Part shown: piece after piece, positions 18,515-28,297 of the stretch
Layout of the letters: every line of letters starts with the position of its first letter
Numbering within the stretch: position 1 is the first letter of the stretch
From: Bacteroidales bacterium
GTDB taxonomy: Bacteria; Bacteroidota; Bacteroidia; Bacteroidales; UBA932
Direction: 5' to 3'
Assembly: GCA_017530725.1 (NCBI GenBank)
Contig: JAFXMA010000082.1
Span: forward strand, 7,994 to 71,993
Length of the DNA: 64,000 nucleotides
Position numbers and translations under genes: made by a program
The notes under the pieces: generated by a model
The model's input: only the letters and a program-made list of their open reading frames with translations
Database searches by the model: none
Told to the model about the DNA's origin: nothing

Positions 18515-20461
18515 CTATTCGATCACCGCAGCCCAGCCGCCGTTGCGGGCCATGTGGATGTCGAGGGTTTCCGTGCTGTCGACATTCTTTTCGACCTTGT
18601 TGTAGTGCATGGCCTGGTAGCCGGCGTTGACGCCGTCCTTGAAGGCGGTCATCCGGTGCCGGCCGGGCGTAAGGAAGTCGAGTTTGATGTGGAAGTCGCG
18701 CTCGGTACCGTTGGTGATGCCGCCGATGAACCACTTGTCGCCCTTGCGCTTGGCTACGACGATGTATTCGCCGGCCTTGGCCTCCAGGGCGTGGGTCTCG
18801 TCCCAGGTAGTCGGGACGCTGGCGATGTAGCGGGTGCAGTCGTCATTCTCGTAGTAGCGGGTGGGGTTGTCGCAGAGCATCTGGACGCCGCTCTCGAGGA
18901 TGACGTACAGCGCCATGTTGAAGGCACGGGTGCCCGGAGCGCCGCTGTTCGGGCGGACGGCGCGGTAGCGGTCGGGCTGCAGGTTGTACATGCCGCCGGG
19001 GGTGAAGTCCGCGGCGCCCGCGGCATTGCGGATGAACGGGATCCACACCGTGTTCTTCGGCTGGCAGCGCTCCATCTGTTCCAGGCCCAGGACGCCCTCG
19101 TAACTGAGGAGGTTCGGGTACTCATACTCCAGGCCGGCCGGGGTGAAGGCGCCATGCCAGTCCAGGACGATGTGGTACTTGGCCGCCTCCCTGGTCACCT
19201 GCTTGTAGAAGTTCACCATCCATTGGTCGGCATGGTCCATGAAGTCGATCTTCATGGCCGGGATGCCCCACTCCGCATAGGTCTTGAAGATGGTGTCGAA
19301 GTGGTTGTAAACCGTGAGCCAGGGCACCCAGAGTACGATTTTTACGCCGATGCCGTTGCAGTAGCGGATGAGTTCGTGGATGTCCAGGTCGTCGTTCCCG
19401 TGGAAGGGATCCGTCGTCGAACGGGCCCAGCCTTCGTCCAGCAGGATATACTCCACCCCGTATTTGGCGGCGAAATCCGCGTAGTACTTGTAGGTAGCGA
19501 GGTTGCACCCCGCCTTGAAGTCCACGTCGGGACCGTAGGGCGCGGCGCCGTTCCACCATTCCCAGGAGAACTGGCCGGGATGGATCCAACTGACGTCCTT
19601 GAGGGCGTTGCGGCGGGAAAGTTGGGCCGGAAGCGTCTGCTCGATGATTCCCTTGGAATCGGTCACGGCCACCCATCGCCACGGGAAGTTCCGGCTGGCG
19701 GAAGTCTTGGCGATGTACGGCGCTTCCTCAAGGATTTCCTCGCTCCGGTCTCCGCGCGGTTCCCAACGGACAGGATACTTGGGATAGGTAGGCAGAATGG
19801 CCGTTCCGTCCGTGGTCAGGAACAGGTGCGGATAATCGTCCAGGTCGCTTTCGCCGATGAGGAGTTGCGTATCGTCCGCGCGCGAAAGAAGGAGCGGAGA
19901 CGTGGCCAGGGTGCGGTCCGACGCGGCCCAATCCGCGAGCGAACCGCTGCGGTAAGGCTCCTCGCTGGAAGTGTTGAAGGAACGGGCCGTCTGGTAATTG
20001 GCCGTGAACCCTTCAGCCGGAACAAAGAGGAAATGGTCGTCATAGACCTCCACGTCGCCGTTCCGGTCCATCATGAACCGGTATGCGACACCGTTGTCCA
20101 TGATGCGGAGCAGCATCGACACACCCTTACCCAGCACGAGTTCCGTCTCGTTGCACTCATCGGTGATGGTCGAGAACTTGAGCGGGACGACCGGCTGGAA
20201 GCGGTCATACACGAAACGCGTCTTCCCGACCTTGACATTCCCGTCGGGGATGGTTTCCGTCCCGGTCACGAGGCGGATGTCGCGTACCTCATAGACAGGT
20301 TTCCCGTCTTTGACGACCGTGTAGGACACACTGCCGGAACCCGTTTCCAGATTCACGGTGAGTTTCCCGTTCGGGGAAAGGAGCGTGGTGGTCTTGGGCG
20401 CCGCCAGTGCGGCCACGGCCGTCAGCGCGGCCGCCAGGATGCAGGAAAGGATTCTTCTCAT
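18515..20461 (-). CDS. Glycoside hydrolase family 97, probably the retaining (alpha-galactosidase-like) subgroup
   Basis: Signal peptide, SPNGKL, SWIHPG..SWEWWN, LLDEGW, KIDFMD (Asp at the nucleophile position), HG..P.GL..YPN..EGV.GLE, IASVPTTWDET. Confidence 0.88.
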   Translation of the reverse strand: MRRILSCILAAALTAVAALAAPKTTTLLSPNGKLTVNLETGSGSVSYTVVKDGKPVYEVRDIRLVTGTETIPDGNVKVGKTRFVYDRFQPVVPLKFSTITDECNETELVLGKGVSMLLRIMDNGVAYRFMMDRNGDVEVYDDHFLFVPAEGFTANYQTARSFNTSSEEPYRSGSLADWAASDRTLATSPLLLSRADDTQLLIGESDLDDYPHLFLTTDGTAILPTYPKYPVRWEPRGDRSEEILEEAPYIAKTSASRNFPWRWVAVTDSKGIIEQTLPAQLSRRNALKDVSWIHPGQFSWEWWNGAAPYGPDVDFKAGCNLATYKYYADFAAKYGVEYILLDEGWARSTTDPFHGNDDLDIHELIRYCNGIGVKIVLWVPWLTVYNHFDTIFKTYAEWGIPAMKIDFMDHADQWMVNFYKQVTREAAKYHIVLDWHGAFTPAGLEYEYPNLLSYEGVLGLEQMERCQPKNTVWIPFIRNAAGAADFTPGGMYNLQPDRYRAVRPNSGAPGTRAFNMALYVILESGVQMLCDNPTRYYENDDCTRYIASVPTTWDETHALEAKAGEYIVVAKRKGDKWFIGGITNGTERDFHIKLDFLTPGRHRMTAFKDGVNAGYQAMHYNKVEKNVDSTETLDIHMARNGGWAAVIE

Positions 20462-20532
20462 CGCTTCAGCAAGTTTGAACTCACTAAATTAATGATAATA
20501 ACCTGTTTCTGCAAATTTGCAGTGCCCGGACA

Positions 20533-20618
20533 TGCCCGTAGGTCCATCCGCTGGACCCACGGCACGAAAATACCGGGAAAAATTTACCCGTAGGTCCATC
20601 TGTTGGACCTACGGGTAA
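20533..20618. repeat. GTAG-tagged REP-like palindromes, copies 2 and 3
   Basis: tgcccgtaggtcca-tccgc-tggacccacggca (20533-20564) and ttacccgtaggtcca-tctgt-tggacctacgggtaa (20584-20618). Confidence 0.8.
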
Positions 20619-20644
20619 GATTTCAGCGAATCTTGAACGGGGAC

Positions 20645-22000
20645 CTACACCAGTCCCTGGTCCACCATCGCGTTGGCGACCTTGATGAAGCCGGCGATGT
20701 TGGCACCTTTGACGTAGTTGATGTAGCCGTTATCCTCGGTGCCGTACTTGAGGCAGGCAGAGTGGATGTCGGCCATGATGCGGTGCAGATGGGCGTCCAC
20801 TTCCTCGGCCGTCCATTTCTGGCGGATGGAGTTCTGGGTCATCTCCAGGCCGGAGGTGGCGACGCCGCCCGCATTGGAGGCCTTACCGGGAGCGTAGAGG
20901 AGGCCGTTGCCCTGGAAGATGCGGATGGCTTCCGGCGTGGAAGGCATGTTCGCACCTTCAGCGACGCAGAAGCAGCCGCCGGCAACGAGTTTCTCGGCAT
21001 CCTCCTTCTCGATCTCGTTCTGCGTGGCGCAGGGGAGGGCGATGTCGCAGGGAACGCCCCAGGGACGCTGGTCGGGATAGTAGGTGGCCTGCGGGTACTG
21101 ATCCGCATATTCCTTGATTCGACCGCGACGGAAGTTCTTGAGTTCGAACACAAAAGCAAGTTTCTCCTCATCCAATCCTTCAGGATCGTGGATGTAACCG
21201 TTGGAGTCCGAGAGGGTCACGACCTTCGCGCCCAGACGCATCGCCTTCTGCGCGGCGTACTGGGCCACGTTGCCCGATCCGGATATAAGGACAGTCTTGC
21301 CCTGGAAACTCTCACCCCGCGTCGCGAGCATCTGCTCGGTGAAGTAGCAGAGGCCGTAGCCGGTCGCCTCGGGGCGCAGGCGGGAACCGCCCCAGCCCTG
21401 GCCCTTGCCGGTGAGCGTGCCGGTGAATTCGTCGCGGAGCCGCTTGTACTGGCCGAACAGGTAGCCGATCTCGCGGCCGCCTACGCCGATGTCACCCGCG
21501 GGGACGTCGGTGTCGTGGCCGATGTGGCGCTGCAGTTCGGTCATGAAACTCTGGCAGAAGCGCATCACCTCCGCGTCGGAGCGGCCCTTCGGGTTGAAGT
21601 CGGAACCGCCCTTCGCGCCGCCCATGGGGAGGGTGGTGAGGCTGTTCTTGAAGGTCTGCTCGAACGCGAGGAACTTCATGATGGAGAGATTCACGCTTTC
21701 ATGGAAGCGGATGCCGCCCTTGTAAGGGCCGATGGCGCTGTTCATCTGCACGCGGAAGCCGCGGTTGATGTGGATTTCGCCGCGGTCGTCCGCCCAGGGG
21801 ACGCGGAACATGACGACACGCTCGGGTTCGACCATGCGCTCCATGATCTTGAGATCCAGCAGATGGGGATAGGCTGTGATGTAGGGAGCGACGCTTTCCA
21901 CGACCTCGCGGACGGCCTGGTGGAATTCCTTCTCGCCCGGGTTACGCGCTATCACGCCCGCCATGAACCCGTCGATGTAGTTCTGGGTGAATTTGTCCAT
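20645..22000 (-). CDS. gdhA: NAD(P)-specific glutamate dehydrogenase
   Basis: NPGEKEFHQAV, GPYKGGIRFH, LPMGGAKGGSDF, DVPAGDIGVG, RPEATGYG, SGSGNVAQY, EGANMPST. Confidence 0.97.
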   Translation of the reverse strand: MDKFTQNYIDGFMAGVIARNPGEKEFHQAVREVVESVAPYITAYPHLLDLKIMERMVEPERVVMFRVPWADDRGEIHINRGFRVQMNSAIGPYKGGIRFHESVNLSIMKFLAFEQTFKNSLTTLPMGGAKGGSDFNPKGRSDAEVMRFCQSFMTELQRHIGHDTDVPAGDIGVGGREIGYLFGQYKRLRDEFTGTLTGKGQGWGGSRLRPEATGYGLCYFTEQMLATRGESFQGKTVLISGSGNVAQYAAQKAMRLGAKVVTLSDSNGYIHDPEGLDEEKLAFVFELKNFRRGRIKEYADQYPQATYYPDQRPWGVPCDIALPCATQNEIEKEDAEKLVAGGCFCVAEGANMPSTPEAIRIFQGNGLLYAPGKASNAGGVATSGLEMTQNSIRQKWTAEEVDAHLHRIMADIHSACLKYGTEDNGYINYVKGANIAGFIKVANAMVDQGLV

Positions 22001-22028
22001 TTTATACACTGCTAACAATAACCGCTTA

Positions 22029-22212
22029 CAAACATAATTAAAAATTTTATTAGATGAAAGATTTTTGGCAGAAAATTATACAATAATTTTAAGAACTGTT
22101 TGCAAATAGTTGATTGATAGCAATTTGGAATAAGCGGTCCGGTGCGGTTTGGTTTTCGGGCGCCGCCTATCAAATTGAAAGTTGTGAAAGTCCCGCATTT
22201 TCCGTACTTTTG
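22029..22212. promoter_or_regulatory. Divergent Bacteroidota sigma-A promoters for gdhA (-) and the WYL gene (+)
   Basis: TAnnTTTG -7 boxes: CAAACATA at 22029-22036 (TATGTTTG on the minus strand) and TACTTTTG at 22205-22212. Confidence 0.55.
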
Positions 22213-22232
22213 CCAAACGACAGCACAATCCC

Positions 22233-23141
22233 ATGGTTTCCGAACTCATCGACAAGTACATCTGGCTGGTGCAGACCTTCATCGACGCAGGCCCGGGAGG
22301 CCTGTCCCTGCAGGAGATCGCCGACCGCTGGACCGCCCGCTACGGCGTGGCGGACTACCCCCGCCGCTCGTTCAACAACCACCGGGAGGCCGTCGCCGAA
22401 GTCTTCGGCATCGATATCGCCTGCAACCGCAGCACGAACCGATATTATATAGACGCGGGGGAGAGTGCCGTGGACAAGCGCCAGTCCGTCGACTGGCTCG
22501 TCAATACCTTTACGGTCAATAACCTCCTGTCCCTCGGAAAGGAGCGCCTGTCGGGCCGCGTATCCGTGGAGGACATCCCCTCCGGGCAGAAGCACCTCGT
22601 CACCGTGATGCAGGCGATGCTGGACAATGCCTGCATGGAACTCCGCTACCGCAAATACCTGCGTGACGACGAGGAGGTCCGGCACATCCGTCCCTACGCC
22701 GTCAAGGAATTCGAGAAGCGGTGGTACATCGTCGCGTACAGCGAGGAGGCGGGAGCCCTGCGGGTGTACGCGATGGACCGTATCCTCTTGCTGAAGCCGA
22801 CGGGGGAGCACTTCAAGATGCCGAAACGCTTCCAGGTCGATGAGGTCTTCGAGGCCAGTTACGGGATTTACCTCCCGGAAGGGGAGCCGCCCGTGCTGGT
22901 GAAGATCCGCACGACCCGGCGCGAGGCCGCCTACCTCCGGGACCTTCCGCTGCACCCCAGCCAGGTCTTCCTCGGGGAGGAAGAAGACGGCCGCTGCCTC
23001 TTCGCCCTGCGGGTGATTCCGAACCCGAACTTCGTCATGGAACTCTGCCGGCACGGAAACAGGCTGGAAGTACTGGAGCCGAAGGCTTTGCGGGAGCAAG
23101 TAGTCGAAGAATTACGTAACGCGTTGAAAATATATGAATAA
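22233..23141 (+). CDS. WYL-domain transcriptional regulator (wHTH-WYL-WCX)
   Basis: N-terminal KYIWLV..RRSFNNHREAV.EVFGIDI.C; WYL motif PYAVKEFEKRWYIV..YAMDRI; WCX motif YLRDLPLHPSQ..LEVLEP..LRE. Confidence 0.9.
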   Translation: MVSELIDKYIWLVQTFIDAGPGGLSLQEIADRWTARYGVADYPRRSFNNHREAVAEVFGIDIACNRSTNRYYIDAGESAVDKRQSVDWLVNTFTVNNLLSLGKERLSGRVSVEDIPSGQKHLVTVMQAMLDNACMELRYRKYLRDDEEVRHIRPYAVKEFEKRWYIVAYSEEAGALRVYAMDRILLLKPTGEHFKMPKRFQVDEVFEASYGIYLPEGEPPVLVKIRTTRREAAYLRDLPLHPSQVFLGEEEDGRCLFALRVIPNPNFVMELCRHGNRLEVLEPKALREQVVEELRNALKIYE

Positions 23142-23157
23142 AACAAATAAGTTCTAT

Positions 23158-25374
23158 ATGAAAACAAAAATGTTAACCCTCGCGCTGGCGGCTTTTTCCC
23201 TCCTCGCGTGCAAAAATGAACCCATGAAACCCAAAGAAGGTTACATCGGCCCGGCCGACCTGAAGATCGAAGACGGCCGGATGACTCCGGAAGTGCTCCT
23301 GTCCCTCGGACGGCTCTCGGACCCGCAGTTGTCTCCCGACGGAAAGACCATCCTCTACGGGGTGAGTTACACGTCCATCTCCGACAACCGGAGCGTCCGC
23401 AACCTCTTCACCATCCCTACCGAGGGCGGCGCCCCGACGCAACTCACCATGGACGGGAAAAGCCTCTCCAACGCCCGTTGGTCCCCGGACGGCGGATGGA
23501 TCTATTTCCTCCAGGGAGGTCAGGTCTGGAAGGCTCCCTACGCCGGCGGCAGACTGGGCGAGCGCGTCCAGGTGACGGATGTCGCCCGGGGGGTCGATGA
23601 GTTCACCCTCTCACCCGATGAGAGCCAACTCCTGTATGTGAGCACCGTGAAGAGTTCCGTCGAGCGTCCCGTGGACACCGACCCGCTGCTGGCCAAGGCC
23701 GATGCCTACGCGACCGAGGACCTGATGTACCGCCACTGGGACCATTGGGTGGAGGACATCAACCATTCCTTCGTCGCCCCGCTGGGCAACGGCATCATCA
23801 CCGAGGGCCTGGACATCCTGGGCGGTCCGGACGTGCAGTTCCAACTCCCGAACGGCCCCTACGGCGGCATCGAGAACCTCTGCTGGAGCCCTGACGGCCG
23901 TTACATCGCCTATTCCTGCAAGAAGAAGGCAGGCAAGGAATACGCCTTCTCCACCGATACCGAAATCTACATCTACTGCATCCTGACCGGGGAGACCACC
24001 GTCATCCCGATGGGCGGCGGCTACGACACCGTGCCCGTCTGGAGTCCCGATGGCAGCAAGATCGCCTGGCTGTCGATGGCACGTGACGGCTATGAGGCCG
24101 ACAAGGTGCGCCTGATGGTGGCCGATGTCATCTATGAGAAAGAGGGGGAGGGCCAGACCGCCAATCCCACCGTCGAGAACATCGTGGACCTGACGGCCGA
24201 GTTCGCCTACAACGCCGACGGTCCCGTCTGGGCGGCCGACAGCAAGTCCCTGTATTTCAATTCCCTCGTCGAGGGCGTCCAGGCCATCTACAACGTGATC
24301 GCGGACCCGGAGACCGCCTTCTTCCGCATCACCTCCCCGAACCTCTGGTTCGACTTCGGTTCCCCGTTCGCCATCCTGCAGGACGGCACCCTCCTCGCCA
24401 CCTACTGCTCGATGGACTTCCCGACCGAACTCGTGGCGGTGAAGGACACGTCCATCGACCAACTCACCTTCGAGAACGCCCACATCCTGGACCAGTTGGA
24501 CAAGCACCAGACCGAGGCCCGGATGGTGCCCACGGCCGACGGCGGGGAAATGCTCACCTGGGTCCTGTTCCCGCCCAAGTTCGATCCCACGAAGGTGTAT
24601 CCGGCCATCGAGATCTGCCTCGGCGGTCCGCAGGGCACCCTGTCACAGGGCTGGTCCTACCGCTGGAACTACTGCCTGATGGCCCATCAGGGCTTCGTCG
24701 TCGTCCTCCCGAACCGTCACGGAACGACCGCTTTCGGCCAGCCCTGGTGCGAGCAGATCTCGGGCGATTACATCGGCCTGAACATGCAGGATTACCTGGC
24801 TGCCGGGAAGATGATCAAGGCGGAACCGTATGTGGAAAAGTTGGCCGCCTGCGGCGCTTCTTACGGAGGCTATAGCGTTTATTATCTGGCTGGTATCCAT
24901 GGTGACCTGTACGATTGCTTCATCGCCCATGCGGGCATCTTCAACGAGGAGCACATGTACATGACCACCGAGGAGATGTGGTTCCCGAACTGGGACAACG
25001 GCGGCATTCCGCACGAGTACGCCTATGAGGAAGGCCAGATGGGCGCTGCCGGCGACGGCATCACCTTCGGCGGCCTCCAGCAGGCCGGCTCGCCGTGGTC
25101 CAACGCCCCGAAGGCCGTGCGCCACTACGCGAACTCGCCGCACAAACTGGTCCAGAACTGGCACACCCCGATCCTGTGCATGCATGGCGGCATGGACTTC
25201 CGTGTCCCGTACGACGAGGGCATGGCCGCCTTCAATGCCGCGCAGATGATGGGCGTCCCTTCGAAACTCGTCGTCTTCCCGGGTGAGAACCACTGGATCC
25301 TCCAGCCGCAGAACGCGCTGTACTGGCACCGCACGTACTTCGACTGGCTGAACCGCTGGCTGGTCGCTAACTGA
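23158..25374 (+). CDS. S9 family (prolyl oligopeptidase / dipeptidyl-peptidase 5-like) lipoprotein
   Basis: Lipobox LLAC, WSPDG propeller repeats, nucleophile GASYGG, HG..DFRVP, ENHWIL. Alternative start at 23134. Confidence 0.9.
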   Translation: MKTKMLTLALAAFSLLACKNEPMKPKEGYIGPADLKIEDGRMTPEVLLSLGRLSDPQLSPDGKTILYGVSYTSISDNRSVRNLFTIPTEGGAPTQLTMDGKSLSNARWSPDGGWIYFLQGGQVWKAPYAGGRLGERVQVTDVARGVDEFTLSPDESQLLYVSTVKSSVERPVDTDPLLAKADAYATEDLMYRHWDHWVEDINHSFVAPLGNGIITEGLDILGGPDVQFQLPNGPYGGIENLCWSPDGRYIAYSCKKKAGKEYAFSTDTEIYIYCILTGETTVIPMGGGYDTVPVWSPDGSKIAWLSMARDGYEADKVRLMVADVIYEKEGEGQTANPTVENIVDLTAEFAYNADGPVWAADSKSLYFNSLVEGVQAIYNVIADPETAFFRITSPNLWFDFGSPFAILQDGTLLATYCSMDFPTELVAVKDTSIDQLTFENAHILDQLDKHQTEARMVPTADGGEMLTWVLFPPKFDPTKVYPAIEICLGGPQGTLSQGWSYRWNYCLMAHQGFVVVLPNRHGTTAFGQPWCEQISGDYIGLNMQDYLAAGKMIKAEPYVEKLAACGASYGGYSVYYLAGIHGDLYDCFIAHAGIFNEEHMYMTTEEMWFPNWDNGGIPHEYAYEEGQMGAAGDGITFGGLQQAGSPWSNAPKAVRHYANSPHKLVQNWHTPILCMHGGMDFRVPYDEGMAAFNAAQMMGVPSKLVVFPGENHWILQPQNALYWHRTYFDWLNRWLVAN

Positions 25375-27502
25375 TCTTCGAATAGTCCTTCTGGACGTAT
25401 TTGTCCTTCCGAAGCTCGGCCGCGAGAACCGCGTTGCCGGGCTTTTCCAATGTAGGGTCGAGGTCCAGGATGTGGGCGGCATAGCCGCGGGCGTCGGAGA
25501 GGATGGCGCCGTCACGGGCGAGGGAGGCGATGTTCAGGGAGATGGGGAGTCCGGACTGCTGCGTGCCTTCCAGGTCGCCGGGGCCGCGCATCTTCATGTC
25601 CTCTTCCGCGATCTCGAACCCGTCCTCCGTGGCGCACATCAGGTCCAGGCGCTTCTGCGATTCCTTGGATACCTTATACCCCTTCATCAGGATGCAGAAG
25701 GAGCGTTCGGCACCCCGGCCCACGCGGCCGCGCAACTGGTGCAACTGGCTCAGGCCGAAGCGTTCCGCGCTCTCGATCACCATGACGGAGGCATTGGGTA
25801 CGTCCACGCCCACCTCGATGACGGTGGTGGACACGAGGATATTCGCCCGGCCGGCCGCGAAGGCGTCCATGAAGAACTTCTTCTCCTCGGCCGTCTGCCG
25901 TCCATGGACGATCGCCACCTGGTACTTAGGCTCGGGGAACTGCTTGATGACTTCCTCGTAACCCAGTTCCAGGTTCTTGTAGTCCAGTTTTTCGCTTTCG
26001 AAGATGAGCGGATACACGATGAAGGCCTGGCGCCCCTTGGCGATTTCGTCGCGGATGAAGTTGTACATCGCGACGCGCTTGTTCTCGCCCACGCAGAGCG
26101 TCTGGACGGGTTTCCGGCCCGGGGGCATCTCGTCGATGACGGAGACGTCCAGGTCGCCGTACAGGGTCATGGCCAGGGTGCGGGGGATGGGGGTGGCCGT
26201 CATCACGAGCACGTGCGGGGCCACGCCGCCGGCGCCCTTCGCCCAGAGTTTCGCCCGCTGGTCCACCCCGAAGCGGTGCTGCTCGTCCACGATGGCCAGG
26301 CCGAGGGACTTGAAGACGACCGTGTCCTCGATCAGGGCGTGCGTGCCCACGATCAGGCCGATGCTGCCGTCCTGGAGTCCGGCGTGGATCTCGCGCCGGG
26401 CCGCCACGCCGGTGGAACCGGTGAGGAGGGCTGCCTTCACCCCGGTCGGGGCCAGGTACTTGCAGATATTCGCATAATGCTGGTTCGCAAGGACTTCCGT
26501 CGGCGCCATCAAGCAGGCCTGATAGCCGTTCGCAACCGCGATGAGGGCCGAAAGCACGGCGACCATCGTCTTGCCGCTGCCCACGTCGCCCTGCAGCAGG
26601 CGGTTCATCTGGTGCCCGCCCTTGAGGTCCTCGCGGATTTCCTTGATGACGCGCTTCTGGGCGCCGGTAAGGTCGTAGGGGAGCGCCTGGTAGCAGCGGT
26701 TGAACGCTTCGCCCACCCGGGGCATGGGAAGGCCCACGGCGTTCCTGCTGCGGATGTATTTCTGCTTGAGCAGCGAAAGTTGCAGGTAGAAGAGTTCCTC
26801 GAACTTGAGCCGGTAGGTGGCTTTCGCCAGGGCATTCTGGTCCACGGGGAAGTGGATCTGCCGGAGGGCGTAGTTCAGGGGCGAGAGCCCTTTCTCCCGG
26901 AGGATATAGTCCGGAAGCGTCTCCTCCAGGGTGGGGAGGACCAGGTCCAGGGCCGATGCGACGAGTTTGCACATCAGTTTCCCGGTGATCCCGCCCGTCT
27001 TGAGTTTCTCCGTGGAGGGATAGACGCCCGTCAGGACGCCGGCCTGCGCATGGTCGGGGGCGTCGAATTCGGGGTGGACCATGTTGATGCGGCCGTTGAA
27101 GGCCTGGGGCTTGCTGAAGAAAAGGAACACGGACCCCGGCAGGAGCCGGGCGTGCATGTACTTGATGCCCTTGAAGAAGACGACTTCCATCTCGCCGCTG
27201 TCGTCGCCGATGATGACGGACAGGCGGTTCGCGAGGTTGTATTTGACCTTGTCAGCCGGCAGTTCGGCGCCGTTCTTGGCGAAAAGGCGGGCTTTCAGGA
27301 CCGTGCCGACAACCTGCACGTAGGACTGGTCCGGGCGGAGGTCGGCGATCTTCTGGACGGAACTGCGGTCGATGTAGCGGAAAGGGTACAGGCGCACGAG
27401 GTCTCCCACCGTCGAGACATCCAGTTCGCTCCTGAGGAGCGCCGCCCTCCGCGGACCCACGCCGGGAAGGTACTGGATGTCCGTATCCATCGCCTTGCTC
27501 AT
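25367..27502 (-). CDS. recG: ATP-dependent DNA helicase RecG
   Basis: YLPGVGP.RA, RLKFEELF, MNRLLQGDVGSGKT, DEQHRFGV, MTATPIPRTL, ERFGLSQLHQLRGRVGRG, RGPGD. Confidence 0.97.
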   Translation of the reverse strand: MSKAMDTDIQYLPGVGPRRAALLRSELDVSTVGDLVRLYPFRYIDRSSVQKIADLRPDQSYVQVVGTVLKARLFAKNGAELPADKVKYNLANRLSVIIGDDSGEMEVVFFKGIKYMHARLLPGSVFLFFSKPQAFNGRINMVHPEFDAPDHAQAGVLTGVYPSTEKLKTGGITGKLMCKLVASALDLVLPTLEETLPDYILREKGLSPLNYALRQIHFPVDQNALAKATYRLKFEELFYLQLSLLKQKYIRSRNAVGLPMPRVGEAFNRCYQALPYDLTGAQKRVIKEIREDLKGGHQMNRLLQGDVGSGKTMVAVLSALIAVANGYQACLMAPTEVLANQHYANICKYLAPTGVKAALLTGSTGVAARREIHAGLQDGSIGLIVGTHALIEDTVVFKSLGLAIVDEQHRFGVDQRAKLWAKGAGGVAPHVLVMTATPIPRTLAMTLYGDLDVSVIDEMPPGRKPVQTLCVGENKRVAMYNFIRDEIAKGRQAFIVYPLIFESEKLDYKNLELGYEEVIKQFPEPKYQVAIVHGRQTAEEKKFFMDAFAAGRANILVSTTVIEVGVDVPNASVMVIESAERFGLSQLHQLRGRVGRGAERSFCILMKGYKVSKESQKRLDLMCATEDGFEIAEEDMKMRGPGDLEGTQQSGLPISLNIASLARDGAILSDARGYAAHILDLDPTLEKPGNAVLAAELRKDKYVQKDYSKIS

Positions 27503-27506
27503 AATG

Positions 27507-27534
27507 CAAAAATAATAAATCTTTCGTAACTTTG
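27507..27534. promoter_or_regulatory. Back-to-back divergent -7 promoter boxes (recG / S26-PqqD operon)
   Basis: CAAAAATA at 27507-27514 (TATTTTTG on the minus strand) and TAACTTTG at 27527-27534. Confidence 0.6.
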
Positions 27535-27542
27535 TCTCCCGT

Positions 27543-28034
27543 ATGGAAAAGATGGTCATCGACAATGACGCCTTCTTCGCCGACGTCCTCACCGTGCTGG
27601 ACCAAGGGAAGCGGGTGACCATTCCCGTCAAGGGATACAGCATGCTCCCGTTCATCCGCGGGGGCAAGGACCTGGTGGTCCTGGAGAAGGCCGGAGACGT
27701 CCTGAAGGCCGATGACATCGTCCTTTTCCACATCGGTCCCGCGGACGGCGGCCGCTACGTGATGCACCGGATCCTGTCCATCGACGGGGACAAGGTGGAC
27801 ATCATGGGGGACGGCGTCCCGTACAACCACGAGCACGTGCGCCGGAGCCAGATCCTCGCGAAGGCGGTGGAGATCATCCGCGCCGGGAAGCGCCCCGTGG
27901 ACCCGTACGCTCCCGGGCAACTCCGGCTGGTACACTTTTGGCAGCGGCTGCGCCCGGTACGCCGGTACATCCTGTACATCTACCGGCACCTGCCCTGGAA
28001 CCGTAGTTGGATCAAAGAGAACGTAAATATATGA
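27543..28034 (+). CDS. S24/S26-family peptidase-like protein (Ser-His type, no obvious N-terminal TM helix)
   Basis: VKGYSMLPFI (GxSMxP serine motif), DDIVLF, YVMHRI, MGDG. Confidence 0.75.
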   Translation: MEKMVIDNDAFFADVLTVLDQGKRVTIPVKGYSMLPFIRGGKDLVVLEKAGDVLKADDIVLFHIGPADGGRYVMHRILSIDGDKVDIMGDGVPYNHEHVRRSQILAKAVEIIRAGKRPVDPYAPGQLRLVHFWQRLRPVRRYILYIYRHLPWNRSWIKENVNI

Positions 28035-28297
28035 GAATCAAGGAAGGATTTGTCCTCAGGACCATCTGTGGACAGAGCGTCGTCTCCGGCGAGGGGACGG
28101 CCAATGTCAATTTCTCCAAACTGGTGAGCCTCAACGACAGCGCCGCCTACCTGTTCAAGGCGGTCGGCAACGAAGAGTTTACGCCGGAAACCCTCGCGGA
28201 CCTGCTTCTGAAGGAATACGAGGTGGAACGGGAGGTGGCCCTGAAGGACGCTGAGACCCTGTGCGCCCAATGGAAGGAGATCGGGATCGCCGAATAA
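28031..28297 (+). CDS. PqqD-family RiPP recognition element (RRE) protein
   Basis: 88 aa, MRIKEGFVLRTICG..LNDSAAYLF..LLKEYEVEREVALKD; three-strand/three-helix pattern; ATGA overlap with the upstream gene. Confidence 0.85.
   Translation: MRIKEGFVLRTICGQSVVSGEGTANVNFSKLVSLNDSAAYLFKAVGNEEFTPETLADLLLKEYEVEREVALKDAETLCAQWKEIGIAE

Noticed and set aside
18451-20618. Inverted repeats as IS or transposon ends
   Set aside because: No transposase between them and no target-site duplication seen; kept only as REP-like repeats.
22233-27502. WYL plus helicase as an anti-phage defence system
   Set aside because: The helicase is canonical housekeeping RecG on the opposite strand and the intervening gene is an S9 peptidase; no defence effectors are present.
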